In this document: positions 36,790-49,900 of the stretch, in pieces
How the letters are laid out: the number at the start of each line of letters is the position of its first letter
How positions within the stretch are numbered: the first letter of the stretch is position 1
Source of the DNA: Heptranchias perlo
Lineage: Eukaryota
Assembly: GCF_035084215.1 (NCBI RefSeq)
Contig: NW_027138407.1
Span: 1,178,001-1,242,000, forward strand
Length of the DNA: 64,000 bases
Reading direction: 5' to 3'
The notes under the pieces: generated by a model
Seen by the model: the letters and a program-made list of their open reading frames with translations, nothing else
Databases searched by the model: none
Told to the model about the DNA's origin: nothing
Translations under genes and position numbers: made by a program

Positions 36790-37060
36790 AAATCAAGCGG
36801 CAGCAGGAGGGTTAATTGACGTTAGGCTCCGTGTTTCGACCGCAACTGTTAAGGGCTAACGATTCACGAGTTGTCTCTTGACTGGAGGAACCAGAGCTCC
36901 GTTGACAAGGCAACCAGGGGCAGCAGGAAATGCGTTGAAGGTGCTGTTTCAGCGAACAAGGTCTCGGAATCTGTCAGTTTGAACACATGGGCAAACTGCG
37001 GTTTAATCGCCTGGGGCTGGAATCTAAAGCAGCGAGGTGGCAGTTAGGCGGGGAGGGGAG
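36790..37060. promoter_or_regulatory. Candidate 3' enhancer and CTCF site
   Basis: TGACGT, overlapping ACCGCA (Runx) and CAACTG (Myb) at 36839-36848, CAGGAAAT (Ets), TGCGGT (Runx), CAGCGAGGTGGCAG (CTCF-like, 37030-37043). Confidence 0.4.
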
Positions 37061-38419
37061 GGCGGATGTTGCAATGAGCAAGAACATAAAATAATAGCAA
37101 CATAAGCAAGTGACTTTCTGAGCAACAGAGATGAGGGCACATTTCTTTAAAGCATGAATTTTATCTGTTATTTAGACTGCAAGAAAAGTCAATCAGAAAC
37201 ACTTGGCCATGTTGCAATCCTGTGAATGCACTTGTTCATTGCCGTAAATCGTAGAATCATACAGCGCATTCGGCCCATCGTGCCCGTGCCGGCTCTTGCA
37301 AAGAGCTATCCAATCAGTCCCATTCACCCCTGCTCTATCCCCATATCCTTGCAAATATTACCTTTTCAAGTGTATATCCAATTCCCTTTTGAATTGTATT
37401 ATTGAATCTGTTTCTACCATCATCTCAGGCAGTGCATTGCAGACCTGAACATCCCGCTGCAGAAACATATTCTCCTCATTTCCCCATGGAGTTTTTTGCT
37501 CATTATCTTAAATCGTTGTGTCCTCTGGTTCCCTACCCTTCTGCCACTGGAGACAAGATTCATCCTATTTATTCCATCAAAACCCCTCATTATTTTGAAC
37601 GCCTCTATCAAATCTCCCCTGAACCTACTTTGTTCTAAGAGAAGAATCCGAGTTTCTCTCCATAATCTATGAAATTATTGACTGAATCAACAACAAAATG
37701 TAAACTCTGAATGCAGCCATACAGTATACTTGGATCAACCTGTTTATATACTTCACACAAGATATCACCAAACTTACAGGTTTAATTGTTACATGTTCCT
37801 CCGCTTCCACAAAGGATCTTTTGGAGCAGTTCCTTCTCAGCCCCCTTCGTCATCCCTTCCCCCTAAAATCCATATAGACGCGGTGAGTACAAATTCCACC
37901 ATTGGCAATTTGTGAAACTGAATTTTTAAAACATCCGTTAATTTGCGAGCTAGTTCCAGATAAAATTACAATGAAAACAGCGGAATTGTGGTCCGAAGCG
38001 AAATGGGCCACTGATATCTTTCAGTGGAGCGACCTGCCCCAATGCATAAACAAAACATTGCGGATGCTGAAAATCTAAAATAAAAACAGAAGATGGTGAA
38101 AACACTCAGCAGGTCAGGCACGATCTTTTGAGAGAGAAACAGAGTTAACGTTTCAGGTCGATGACCTTTCATGAGAACTGGAACATGTTAGAGACGAACA
38201 GTTTTTAAGCAAGTACAGCGCCAGGGGGATAAAAGGGGAGTGGTGCAGGGAAAGAAGAACAAAAGGGAAACTCAGCGTTAAGATGGAGCGTCAGGAGATG
38301 GTTAAATGAGAAAAGAGATGATGGTGCAAGGCAAATATAATGGGACAAGTAAAGAAACAAAGGTTAGGTCCAGAGGCGGTGTCAGTGGTTAGAACAGAAT
38401 AGCAGAGCCGGAGGGAAAC

Positions 38420-39375
38420 TTGGAAATCTGGCCAGGAGGTGAAGGTTCCCGTGGCCCTGTATTGTGGAGGAAGAAAGGCAGTTGGACCCGAGGGGTGTGG
38501 ACCACCCCGCCGGCGGATAGAGGTTCGCCACCCAATTCGGTACTAGGCCTGATTTCAACTTCGCAGTATGTCATTGCCTCTGAATGTCCTCGGGGAACTA
38601 GAGATGGGCAGTAATTACTGCCATATCAGGAAGTGAACCCACCTCCTTGTCCCTCCTTTGAAATTACAGGAACAAAAATCCTACGGGCTCTGTTCTGGGC
38701 ATTCCAACCATTCCGGCACATGTACTTTACTGTGCTCCATCTGAGCGATTCTCAAAGGCCAGAAGGTGAAGGATAAAAGCTCGCCCAGAATGCAGTGAGC
38801 AGAACAATTGGGCGCAGCTGGGGAGATTTTCACCAGTGTTACGCGCCCGCAAGTATTGGCTCGGCCCTGACTCTTGTAGAAACAACACAAGGACAGAGTT
38901 CAAATACCCAATGGCCTGCTCCTTTGCTGGAACATTCCATGGTTCTACAGTACATAGTGCATAGGACCACGGTGTCGATCTTATTCTTTCTTAGAGCCTT
39001 TCAGCTATGCAAGTCCACTCCACTCTTTTCTATTCCGCCGACAGCCTACGAGCTTCTAAGGCCCCAATTTGTTCTCACTTTATCACCAATTGTTGACCTA
39101 GCGAGTCTTCTCTTCTCTTCCCCTTAACTGGGAATGGCACTTTGGGCCTTCTTCCTCAATCTAAACACCAGTGAGTGACTGGAAGCGAAAGGGAAATGCG
39201 CCTACTCCGAGATTATTTTGACGTTCATAATTTTTCAGTGGATTTCTCCGATCACAGCTAACCGATTAAAGCATACCCTGAGTGGGCACCCGAACAATAG
39301 ACACGGTTATCTGCCTGCTCCGAAAGTTGGTCTCAGCTGTTTCTCCCAGTGACCTGAAGTGTGTGCCATAGCAGT
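38420..39375 (-). mobile_element. Decayed LTR-retroelement pol remnant (RNase H / integrase / dUTPase-like); copies at about 47520-48505 and 57645-58535
   Basis: ITVSIVRVPTQG (RNase H-like), FQQRSRPLGI..CFYKSQGRA..TL..WPLRIA (integrase-like), EIRPSTELGG..GGVVH..LHNTGP (dUTPase-like). Confidence 0.5.
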
Positions 39376-42300
39376 TAAAAGAAAGAAAGACAGAAAGAAA
39401 GAAAGAAAGATTTTGTATCATGCTATTGCCAGGGCAATTCAAATAATCTAAGGTCATGCTCTAGTTTGTGCATTGATCAAGACGAGAATCAGACTTGAAA
39501 GCGGATATGATGGTCCGTACTTGGAGAATTAATCGAAAACAGAGTGTGCGGTGAGCTCAGCTCCTGCAAATTGCTTTGTGCAACAGAGCCCCATCTGTAA
39601 TGTCATTGATTGGCTGTCATGCTGCAGAATGATATGCCTAAGCAGAAAATATAGACGCCTCACTTGTTAGAATCATGCAGCACAAAAGGAGGCTTTTCAG
39701 CCCATAATTCCTGTGCCAGCTTTTGAAAGAGCTATTCAGTTAGTCCCACTCACCTGCACTAACCCCATAGCCCTGCAAATTTCTCCCTTTCAACGACATA
39801 TCCAATGCCCTTTTGAAAGCTACTATTGAATCTGGTCCCGCCACCTTTTCAGGCACTGCATTTCAGGTCATAATAACTCGCTGCATAAAAAAAAATGTAT
39901 TTCTCCCCCCCTCCCCCCAAACCACGGATTTCTTTTGCAAATTACCTTAAATCTTCATCGCCTGGTTACTTACCCTCCTGCCGGTGGAATCAGTTTCTCC
40001 TTATTACTCTTTCAAATCTTTTCATAATTTTGAACACCTCTATTAAATCTCCCTTCAACCTTCTTGGAGAACCTTCTGAGGAGAACAACCCCAGATTCTC
40101 TACTCTCCCCACATAACTGAAGTCCCTCATCCTTGTAACGATTTTAATAAATCTTCTCTACACCATTTCCATCGTCATGTATCGTGCCCAGTCGTGGACG
40201 CAATTCTAAAGCTGAGGCCGAACCAGCGATTTATCAATGTTGAGCATCCGCTAACAGAGCTTTGCCCCGTTCAGCCCCAAATCTAATTGAATCCCAACCC
40301 TCATATAAAGCAAGCAGATATATTAATATTATGAAACCCTCAATCTCCTTTATTGACACAAAGTTCCTTTACAAAGATAAAAATAATCCAAAAGTAATTA
40401 CTTTTATTGATAATTTGCTTTCCGCATCCAGTATGTGGTGGGGTGGGTGGTGGAGTGAGTGAATAGCAGTTGGAGTTTTGTTTCCGATTTGTGGGAACTA
40501 ACTGATCAGTAACTATGAGCAACCTGATTTCTTTTTCATATGAACAGTTCTGGATGGCGCAACATTCCTTGCACGTTTCCTCTGCACTTTTGCACTGTGG
40601 TATGCATGTCGGGCGCCCTCTATTGGCTGCCTGTTGCTATGGATAATGTGCATTTTGAAATCGTGCAAATGTAACGCATTTAGATACGTCTCTTAAAGTT
40701 ATTTCTTTCAATCTGCAATTGGACACTTGAATCTTCACAGATTTACGCTTCGATGCTAACCGATTAGACTATGCCGACCAGCAAAGATTGAACAGGCTGG
40801 ACCCTTGTTTTTTAATCGGTGTCCTCTCGTTTCCGACCCTCCGACCAGCGGAAACAATTTCTGCCTGTCCACTCGATCAATCCCCTTCATATTTTTGATT
40901 ATTGTGGGAAATAATTGCTGTGTCGTCAATTTATTGACAGTAAATTTGATAGATTTATACAGCAAAATGTTAGATAGGAATTCAATTCTTCTTTGTGCAT
41001 TATGAAATCAGTGAACGTTGCAACACAGAAGGAGGCCATTCACCCATCGATCCTATGGCGGGACATTTAAAGAGCAATCCAATTAGCCCCACTTCCCCCT
41101 GCTTTTCTCCATAGCACTGCAATTTTCTCCGCTTTGAGTATTTATCCACTTCTCTTTTGAAAATTACCATTCAATCTGCTTCCACCACCATTTCAGGCAG
41201 TGCATTTCCAGAACATAATAACTCGATGGGTAAAAAAAAAACCTCCTCATCTCACCTCTCGCTCTTTTGCCAATTACCTTAAATTCTGCGAAGCTCCTGC
41301 TAATGGAAACAGTTTCTCCTTATTTACTCTATTAAAACCCTTCATGACTTTGAACACCTCTATAAGATCTCCCCTTAACGTACTCTGCTTTATGGACAAC
41401 AACCCCAGCTTCTCCAGTCTCTCCACATAACTGAAATCCCTCATCCCTGGTACCATTCTAGTAAATCTCCTCTGCACCTTCTTCCATATCTTAAAATTAT
41501 CTGTCCACCGATAACGCACTCCGAAATAATCCATTGTTCCTGAAGAACTCTGAATGGTTTTTGTGAGACGTGAGAATCGATGGCACAAATCAAAGCTTTT
41601 TCTTTCTATTTTTGATGTCGCACGTTGGAGCTTAAACAGTTTCAAATTATCACTGCAAAGATATGATTTCGTCCTTCCTTTCTTCTTTCCTTCATTTTCA
41701 TTTCTTCCAGTTACACTCTTAAATAAGATTAATTTATACAATATATACAGACGTTTTACTTCAAAGAGACAATAGAGTATTCCTGCACTTGAAGGCAACT
41801 TAAAATATATTACATATTTGAGATGCAAAATATGTAATGCGAGATAGGAATCTGCAGTCCCCGGTGGTCATTGTATCGACAATTAATTGTGTTGAGTCCG
41901 CTCATTATTTGGAAATTAATCTGATGCCGAGTCGAAATATGAGGCGGGGACTTTTTCATTATGGTCACGGAGCCCGATCAACAAGCTGCGCATGCCCAGC
42001 TTTTGCTTTCATACTTTCCATTTTGAACTGCTCTTTCCGGTCGTGGATTAAAGATTTGCACCGCCTTGTGGATGCTCAGCACATTGCGCTGCATAGAATT
42101 ACATTGAATGAACAGCACAGAAACGGCCATTCAGCCCAACTGGTCCGTGCCGGTGTTTATGCTCCACACCAGCCTCCTCCCAACCCTCTTCATCTAACCC
42201 GATCAGCAAAGCCTTCCGTTCCTTTCTCCCTCGTGTACTTATCAAGAACCGCCTAAAATGCAGCCATGCTATTCGCCTCAACTACTCCCTGTGGTAGTGA

Positions 42301-43058
42301 GTTCCACATTCTCACCACTCGCTGGGTAAAGAAGTTTCTCCTAAATTCCCGATTGGATTGATCAGACACTATCTTATATTTATCGCCCCTAGTTTTGTTC
42401 TGCAGTTGCAACACCGGAGAAGAAAGAGTGGATGTTTAATGAGCAACAGGGAGGGAAATCGGAAACAATGAAGAATTTGCAAACAATATATTCTTTTCAC
42501 CTCCACACCAAGCCAATTTCAATTAACTGCTCCATTTTTAATGAATTCCATGTTTTATTATCGCTGCTTTATTATTTTAAACGCGAATATAAATGTTGTT
42601 CATTGTGCTAGTTTCTACACGGATAGGTGGACAGGAAGTTGGAGAGTTATCAATGATCGTTATATATTGCGCCCCAATACCAGCTGTATTTGCATACGAT
42701 TACAGACTAGACCAAAATAACTTTGATGTGGTGACCTGTGTTGCTACGATCAGTATTTCTGCTTTCCAATTCAATTCATTCGATAATATCACATTACGAA
42801 AAACGGAAATATGACAAATGAAAGTTTCCAAATTACCTGTTTATAACTCAAATATCTATGGTATGTTGTGCATAATACCGATGCAGTGATGTATCTATAT
42901 ATTGTTTCCATATAAGTTTGTGGGCATGTATATCTGGGCCAATATATGCATCTAACTATCAATCCACATAGTGCATGAAACACCAATTTGTTATGCTCGA
43001 AGGGAGCGACGTAGATAGGCAGAGAGATGAATAGGTGGATAGGGACAGACAGATATTT

Positions 43059-43120
43059 GACTATTACTGCGCACTGAGCTCCACAGAGGCACGGAGCTGG
43101 GCTGACACTGCATAAAAAAT
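43059..43120 (+). pseudogene. Orphan V 3' stub (DYYCALSS) with 23-RSS, unit A
   Basis: CACAGAG (43082-43088), 23 bp, ATAAAAAAT. Confidence 0.75.
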
Positions 43121-46100
43121 GTCAGAGCGTCACTCAACATATCAGCTTTAGGATAGCAGTGTGATCAGGGACCAGTCTCAGCTAGTCCATATATTTGTGA
43201 TCGTTTTTTTATCCATTCTCAGGATGTGGGCGTCGCTGGCAAGGCCATCGTTTATTGCCCGTCGGAGTTGCGCTTGAGAAGTTGGTGGTGAGCCGCCTTC
43301 TTTTTCAACCGCTCCAGTTCGTGTAGTGAAGGTGCTCCCACAGTGCTGTTTGGCAGCGAGTTCCAGGTTTTGATCCAAAGACGATGAAAGATCTGCCGAT
43401 ATATGTCCAAGTCGGGATGGTGTGTGACTTGGAGGGGAACTTGGAGGTGATTATGTTCCAATGCACCCGCTGCCCTTGTCCTTCCAGATGGTAGAGGTCG
43501 CGGGTGTGGGAGGTGCTATCGTGGAAGCCTTGGCGAGTTGCTGCAATGCATCCTGTGGATGTTCCACACTGCAGCCACAGTGCGCCGATGCTGGCGGAAG
43601 TTATCGTTTAAAGTGGGGGATGATTACACATTGCACGAGAAAGAATTTTACAGCTCAGAAACAGGCCATTTGGGCCAACTGGTCCATGCCGGTGTTTATT
43701 CTTCACACTTCCTATTTCATCGAACCCTATCAGCATCTCCTTCTATTCTTTTCTCCCTCGTGTATTTATCTAGCTTCCCCTTAAATACATCTGTGTTATT
43801 CGTCTTAACTAACCCATGCAGTTTTGTTAAGCTACCTGTCGAAGAGAAATAGTCTTAAATATTAAATCATGGAATGAAGGACAGACTCATAAAGAGACAT
43901 AACTGTAATCCTCTTTCATTCACTCTTTCTCTCTTCTAGTTTCATTCGTTCTACCTCTATTTTTCTCTTTTCCTCCGTCTTTTTCTCTCCCAGTCTCACT
44001 TCCTCAACATCTAACAGAAGAGTATTATATGTTTCTATTCGTTTCCATATCCTACTCTTATTATTTCTCTCTTGCTCATTCTGTCTTTGTATCTCCTTTT
44101 CGATCTCAATTTTTCTCTCCCTCATTCTCTCCATTGTTTGTCATTCCATCTTTCTCTTAATGTCTGTCTCTGTCTCCATTGTTTCTGTCCATCTTAAATT
44201 TCCATCTTTCTTTCTCTATCTGTCTGTCGCTCTCTGTCTCCCCCGCCTTCTTTTTCAACATGTCTGAATTTCACTCGCTTTCTCTGTCCGAATCTTACTG
44301 AGGGTCCATTTTCCAACCTCTATAAACTTGACCTCATCCAAAACGCTGGTCTCCGTAAAGTAACTCGTACCAAGCCCCATTCACTCATCACCCCTGTCCT
44401 CGCTGACCTATTTGGGCTCCCCGTCGGGCAACGCCTCGATTTCAAAAATCTCATCCTTGTTTACAAATCTCTCCATGTCCTCACCACCACCACCACCACT
44501 TTCCCCTATCGCTGCGACCGCCGCCAGCCCTCCATCCCTCCGTGATCTCTCTGCTCCTCCAATTCTTGTCTATTGCACATTCCCGAGTTTAATCGTTCCA
44601 CCATAGACCGCCGTGCCTTAGCTGACCAGCTGCGTCCGCCCTAAGCTCTGGAATTCCCTCCATAAACCTCTCCGCCTCTCTACATATTTCTCCGCTTTTA
44701 CGGCGCACCTTGAAACCTACCTCTTTGACCAAGCTTTTGATCACCTGTCCTAATATCTCCTTATGTGGGTCGGTGTGAAATGTTGTTTTATAACGCTGAT
44801 GTGAAGCGCCTTGGGACGTTTTACTAGATAAAAGGCGCTATATAAATGCAAGTTGTTGTTGTTGTGCTTCCTCTCCATCTCTTTCTCTGTTCCGCAAATT
44901 CTACCCGCAGCATAACAGCAAGATATCTGTATATCTTTATCTCAATTTCACTGCTTTTACCTCTCCTCTTTCCTCGGCCTCTCCTCTTAAACATTGTTAC
45001 TGCAGAACAACACATCCGTGACAATCTTCTTATCTCTCTCTCTGGTTCTGTCTCTATTTTTCTGTATTTTTACCTCTCTCTCTCCCTTGCAGCCAACAAA
45101 ACCGTCGTGACGTGAAATTGAAATGTCATTTTATTCACAGAACACAGACACTGTTTACAGTGACATCGATAGAAAATAACACAAATTAATAACAATACAC
45201 ATGCATTCGATTGGAGAATTGTGAAGTAGAAATTAGCTGTTCCACCACATATAGAGGTTTAACTGTTGGGGCTTTACAGTTCATTGAAACGCGATGATGT
45301 GCTATGGATGCAGCTTGGCAGTGATGAGGAAACCGCGCTGTCCCGCTGGAGGAAGCGACGGTTTGATCTCTGTGTCTGATGGAAAATAAGCTGACTTTCA
45401 TTTAAAGAGTTGTGAATGAAGAGCCCGTTCAGGGAAGCTTAACGGTTTCGTGTGAAATCCCCTTGATAAGCTACTTGAACAGAGATGTCTATCCGCGACC
45501 GTGGACATTATTCCAGGCCCTAGCGTTTCGTCTGAATTCTCTGCTTCCTTAATATAACTCAGCTATTTCTTAAGCAAAAAGCTTTTCAGTGAACTCTTTC
45601 TCAAGAAAAAAGAGTACAATGTTGTAATCGCGGCAGCTTGTTTGCGCGCAGCAAGATCCCACATGCAGCAATGAGCTAAACAACCAATAATCCGTTGATT
45701 GACAGATGACCATTGGCCAGGTCACCGAGGAACGCCGCTGCTTTTTTTCCAATCTTGGCCGTAGTTTCTTAATATTCATTGGAGAGCGCTGGCAGGGCCT
45801 CGGTTTGACGTCTTATCCGAAAAACGGCACTTCCGACAGTACAGGGTTCCCTCAGTACTGGTTCTGAAACGTCACCCTGGATTCTGTGCTCAATTCTTTC
45901 TGAGTGGGGTTTAGAACTCAGAACCATCCAACTCAGAAGTCGAGAGGACTACCCAATGAGCCACGCCAGACACCTTGCGTTGCACCTGGCAATCTGATAT
46001 ATTTCGCTTCATTTTAATCAATTGTGGAGCAAACACCTGGACAAAATAGCTTCCTATTCAGGTAATTGGAAAATAAATCCTCAGCAGAAAGCTATGAATA

Positions 46101-46266
46101 TATTTTGTAAAAAAGTAACAATAACGTGGCTCATTTCAAACCGGATTACGGTGGACACCGTACTTCTAAAATAGCCGTGTTAAGATCCCAGCAGGTGATA
46201 CAAAGCCATTTCCTATTTCTGGAGCAGATTCTCAAGATCGCACTGTTCGGTTAGAAACAGGAAGCT

Positions 46267-46305
46267 GGTTTTTGTACGAGGCTGCCTGCAGTTTGAGTCA
46301 CTGTG
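46267..46305 (-). other. 23-RSS of V6
   Basis: CACAGTG, 23 bp, ACAAAAACC. Confidence 0.95.
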
Positions 46306-46754
46306 AGCTCAGCGCACAGTAATACACGGCGTTATCAGTCAGCTCCAAGGCAGAGATGGTCAGACTGGTGAATCCGTCCGCTTTTGTCAGCACTGAAGAG
46401 AACCGTTCTCCGAGATTATCTGCTTTATATTCGTTACCACCACTATATCTGTGCAGGAGATACTCCGGTCCTTTCTCTGGATGTTGTCGGAACCAATTCA
46501 TGTCATAGCCTGTGTAGCTTGTGGAATAAGTGCAGTTTAATGTCACGGTCGCTCCTTCTTTACGCTTTAACAAAGGCACCGTCTGTGTCACACTGTTACC
46601 ATTAACCAGGACCGCTGCAATAGTCAAAACAAAGGTAAACATGAAATCAGTGGAAAATAAAATATTAAGAAGCATTTTTTCCTGTCACTGAAGAGAAATA
46701 CTCACCCGGGAACAAAATAAAAAGTGTACTCAGCAAATATATCCCCACTAACAT
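46306..46754 (-). CDS. TCR V-alpha/delta segment V6 (leader 46706-46754, V exon 46306-46614), apparently functional
   Basis: MLVGIYLLSTLFILFP/AVLVNGNSVTQTV..TLNCTY..MNWFRQ..DNAVYYCALS. Confidence 0.93.
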
Positions 46755-46927
46755 GAGAGCCATTGCCTGAGCTGAGCTGTGTCGCCGCTTTCTTGTGAGA
46801 ATCTTTCCTTGGATATGAGAGAAACTGTCGGTCGATAACCCACTGCAAAATATAACGTGCAGCTGGAATTAAAAGCTGGTGAAACGTCATCTTGAGGGGT
46901 CAGAGAAGGCGTGGACAAGAGCGCACA

Positions 46928-46935
46928 TGACGTCA
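46928..46935. promoter_or_regulatory. Perfect CRE in V6 promoter
   Basis: TGACGTCA about 175 bp upstream of the ATG. Confidence 0.55.
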
Positions 46936-49900
46936 GAAATCTTCACCCGCTGATCCGACGGGTTGACATGCAATCTGATTGTGAGGAACTGAACACTAAC
47001 GCACACCATTTAAGGAAAGAAAATCAAAATACTGCGGATTCTGGAAATCTGAAATAAGACCAGAAAATGCCGGAAATATTCAACAAGTCAGGCGGCATCT
47101 GTGGAGAGAGAAGAACAGAGTTAACGTTTCAGGTGGATGGCCTTTCGTCAGAACCTCCTTATCAGGAAACATTTGGAAAACATCAGTGTTCTCCTCAATG
47201 TGCTGAGTCGGTGAATAACATGGATCTGATTCTCGGCAGTTAATAGACTGATACAAGACAGAAGGAGGACATTCGGCCCATCGTACCTGTGCTTGTCATT
47301 CATTTAGGGAGCGTTCTGCTGACCGAACTGATACCGAATGTGTCCCCGCCGTTCAGTTCATTTCCTGCCGACTGAGGCAACAGCTCGTGGACACAGAATG
47401 AGAACTGGTTTTATATTTTTTTCCCTAAGGTTGAAGGTTTAGCTGCTCATTTAATAAACAGGGATTGGAAGTATTGGAAGATTGGGAAATCCCACCCTCA
47501 GGTATCTGTGTTCCTGCACTCCCGTTACAGGGAGGATACCATGGAAATCTCTCAAGGAGGAGAAGGCTCCTATGGACATGGATTGTGGAGGAAGAAAGGC
47601 AGTTGGACCCCAGAGGTGTGGACTACCCCGCCGGCCGATAGGGGTTCGTCACCCAATTCGTTACCAGGCCTGATTTCAATCTCACAGTATGTTGTTGTCT
47701 CTGAATGTTCTCGGATGATTAGGGAAGGGCAGTAATTACAGCCACATCAGGAAGCGAGCCCGCCTGATTATCCGTCCATTGAAATTAGCGCAACAAAAAT
47801 ACGGCCGGTTCTATTCTGAGCGTTCCAACCATTCCGGCGGATCTCCTTTGCTCTGCCCCATCCGGGCGATGAATGAAGCGCAGATGGTAAAGGTTAAAAG
47901 CTAGCCCAGATGCAGTGAGCAAAGCACTGAGGGGTAGAATTGTAGCTGGGTAGATTTTCACGTGTTTCCCGCGCCCTCAATATCGGCTCGGCCCTGACTC
48001 GTGAAGAAACAACTCAAGGACAGAGTTCAAATAACCATTGGCCTGCTACTGTGCTGGAATATTCTCTGGTTCCACAGTCCACGGTTAATCGGACCATGCT
48101 ATACCATCTCATTCTTTCCCGGAGCTTTCAGATTTGCAAGCCCACTTCACAATCTTGCCTTCCTCCGACAGCATCCGATCTTTTCAGGTCCAAACTTGTT
48201 CTCACTTTATCACCGACTGTTGACCTAGCGACTCTTCTCTTCACTTCCCTTTAAAACGGGGAATGGCACTGTGGGTCTTCTACCGCAATGTATACACAAA
48301 TGGGTGACTGGACGCGAAAGGGAAATGCGCCTCCTCCAAGATTATGTTTACATGGACATTTTTTCAGTGGATTACTCCTATCACAACTGACCGATTAAAG
48401 CACATCCTGAATGGGCACCCGAACAATAGACACGGTTTACTGCCTACTCCGAAAGTTGGCCTCAATTGTTTCTCCCAACGACTTTAAGTATATGCCGTAG
48501 CAGTTAAAAGAAAGAAAGAAGGAAAGAAACAAAGAAAAAAGAAAGAAAATACAGCAAGATTTTGTATTGTGCTATTGCCAGGAAAATTCAAATAATCTAA
48601 TTAATGCATTAGATTGTGCATTTATCAAATCGAGAATCTGACTTGAAAAGGGATATTATCGTCCAGTACTTGAAGAGTTAATCCAATACTGAGTGTGCAG
48701 TGAGCTCAGCTGCGATAAATAGCTAAGTGCAAATTAGCCCCACCTGTAATATCATTGATTGGCTGTCATGGCGTAGCATGATGTGTGATGTGCCGAAGCA
48801 GAAAATATAAACGCCTCACTTTTTGGAATCATGAAGCACAGAAGGAGACCATTCAGCCCATCGAGCCTGTGCCGGCTTTTGAAAGAGGTGTCCAATTCGT
48901 CCCACACACCTGATCTAACCCCACAGCTCTGCAAATGTCTCCATTTCAAATATATATCCAGTGCTCTATTGAAAGCTACAATTGAATCTGTTTCCACCAC
49001 CCTTTCAGGCACTGTATTCCAGATCATAATAACTCGCTGCATAAAAAAGTTTTGCTCTTCTCCCACCTGGAATTTTTTGCAAATTACCTTAAATCTTCAT
49101 CGCCTGGCTACCGACCCTCCTGCCAGTGGATTGAGTTTCTCCCTGTTCCTCTATCAAACCCCGACATAACTTTGAAAACTTCTATTTAATCTCACTTTAA
49201 CCTTCTCTGCTCCAAGAAGAACAACCCCAGCTTCTCTATGCTCCCCACATAACTGAATTCACTCATCCCTCTAACGATTTTTAAAAACCATCTCAAAGGC
49301 CTTGACATCCTTACTAAAGTTTGGTGCCCAATATTGGACGGCGTACTAAAAGTGAGGCCAAACCAGTGTTTTATCAAAGTTGAGCATCCGTTTACAAAGC
49401 TTTGCCCCGTTCAGCTCCAAATCCATGTGAATCCCAACCCTCATATAAAGCAAGCAGATATATTACTAACGTGAAACACTCAAACTCCATATCGAAACAA
49501 AGTTCATCTATAAAAATAAAAATACTCCAGAATTAATTACTTTGATTGATCGTTTGCTTTCCGTATCCAGTATGTGGTGGGGTGGGGGTGAGGTGAAGAA
49601 TTCCAGTTGGAGTTTTGTTTCCGATTTGTGGCAACTAACTGATCAGTAACAATGAGCAACCAGGTTTCTTTCTTATATGAACAGTTGTGGATGGAGCGAC
49701 TTTCCGTGGACATTTCCTCTCTAATTTTGTGCTGTGGTATGCATGTCGGGCGCCCTCTATTGGCTGCCTGTTGCTATGGATAATGTATGTTTTGAAAGTC
49801 AGATCTTGCAGACGGAACGTATTTGGAAAGGTCTCCGAAAGTTTTCAATTTCACTCTGCAATTGGACACTTGAATCTTCACAGATTTACGATTCGATGCT

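Larger units (their letters stand above)
38420..47480. repeat. Segmental duplication unit A (about 9.1 kb)
   Basis: Collinear high similarity to 47520-57640 and 57645-64000. Confidence 0.92.

Noticed and set aside
42593-42814. 73-aa ORF recurring in all three duplication units
   Set aside because: Recurrence is explained by recent duplication; no recognisable domain or splice structure
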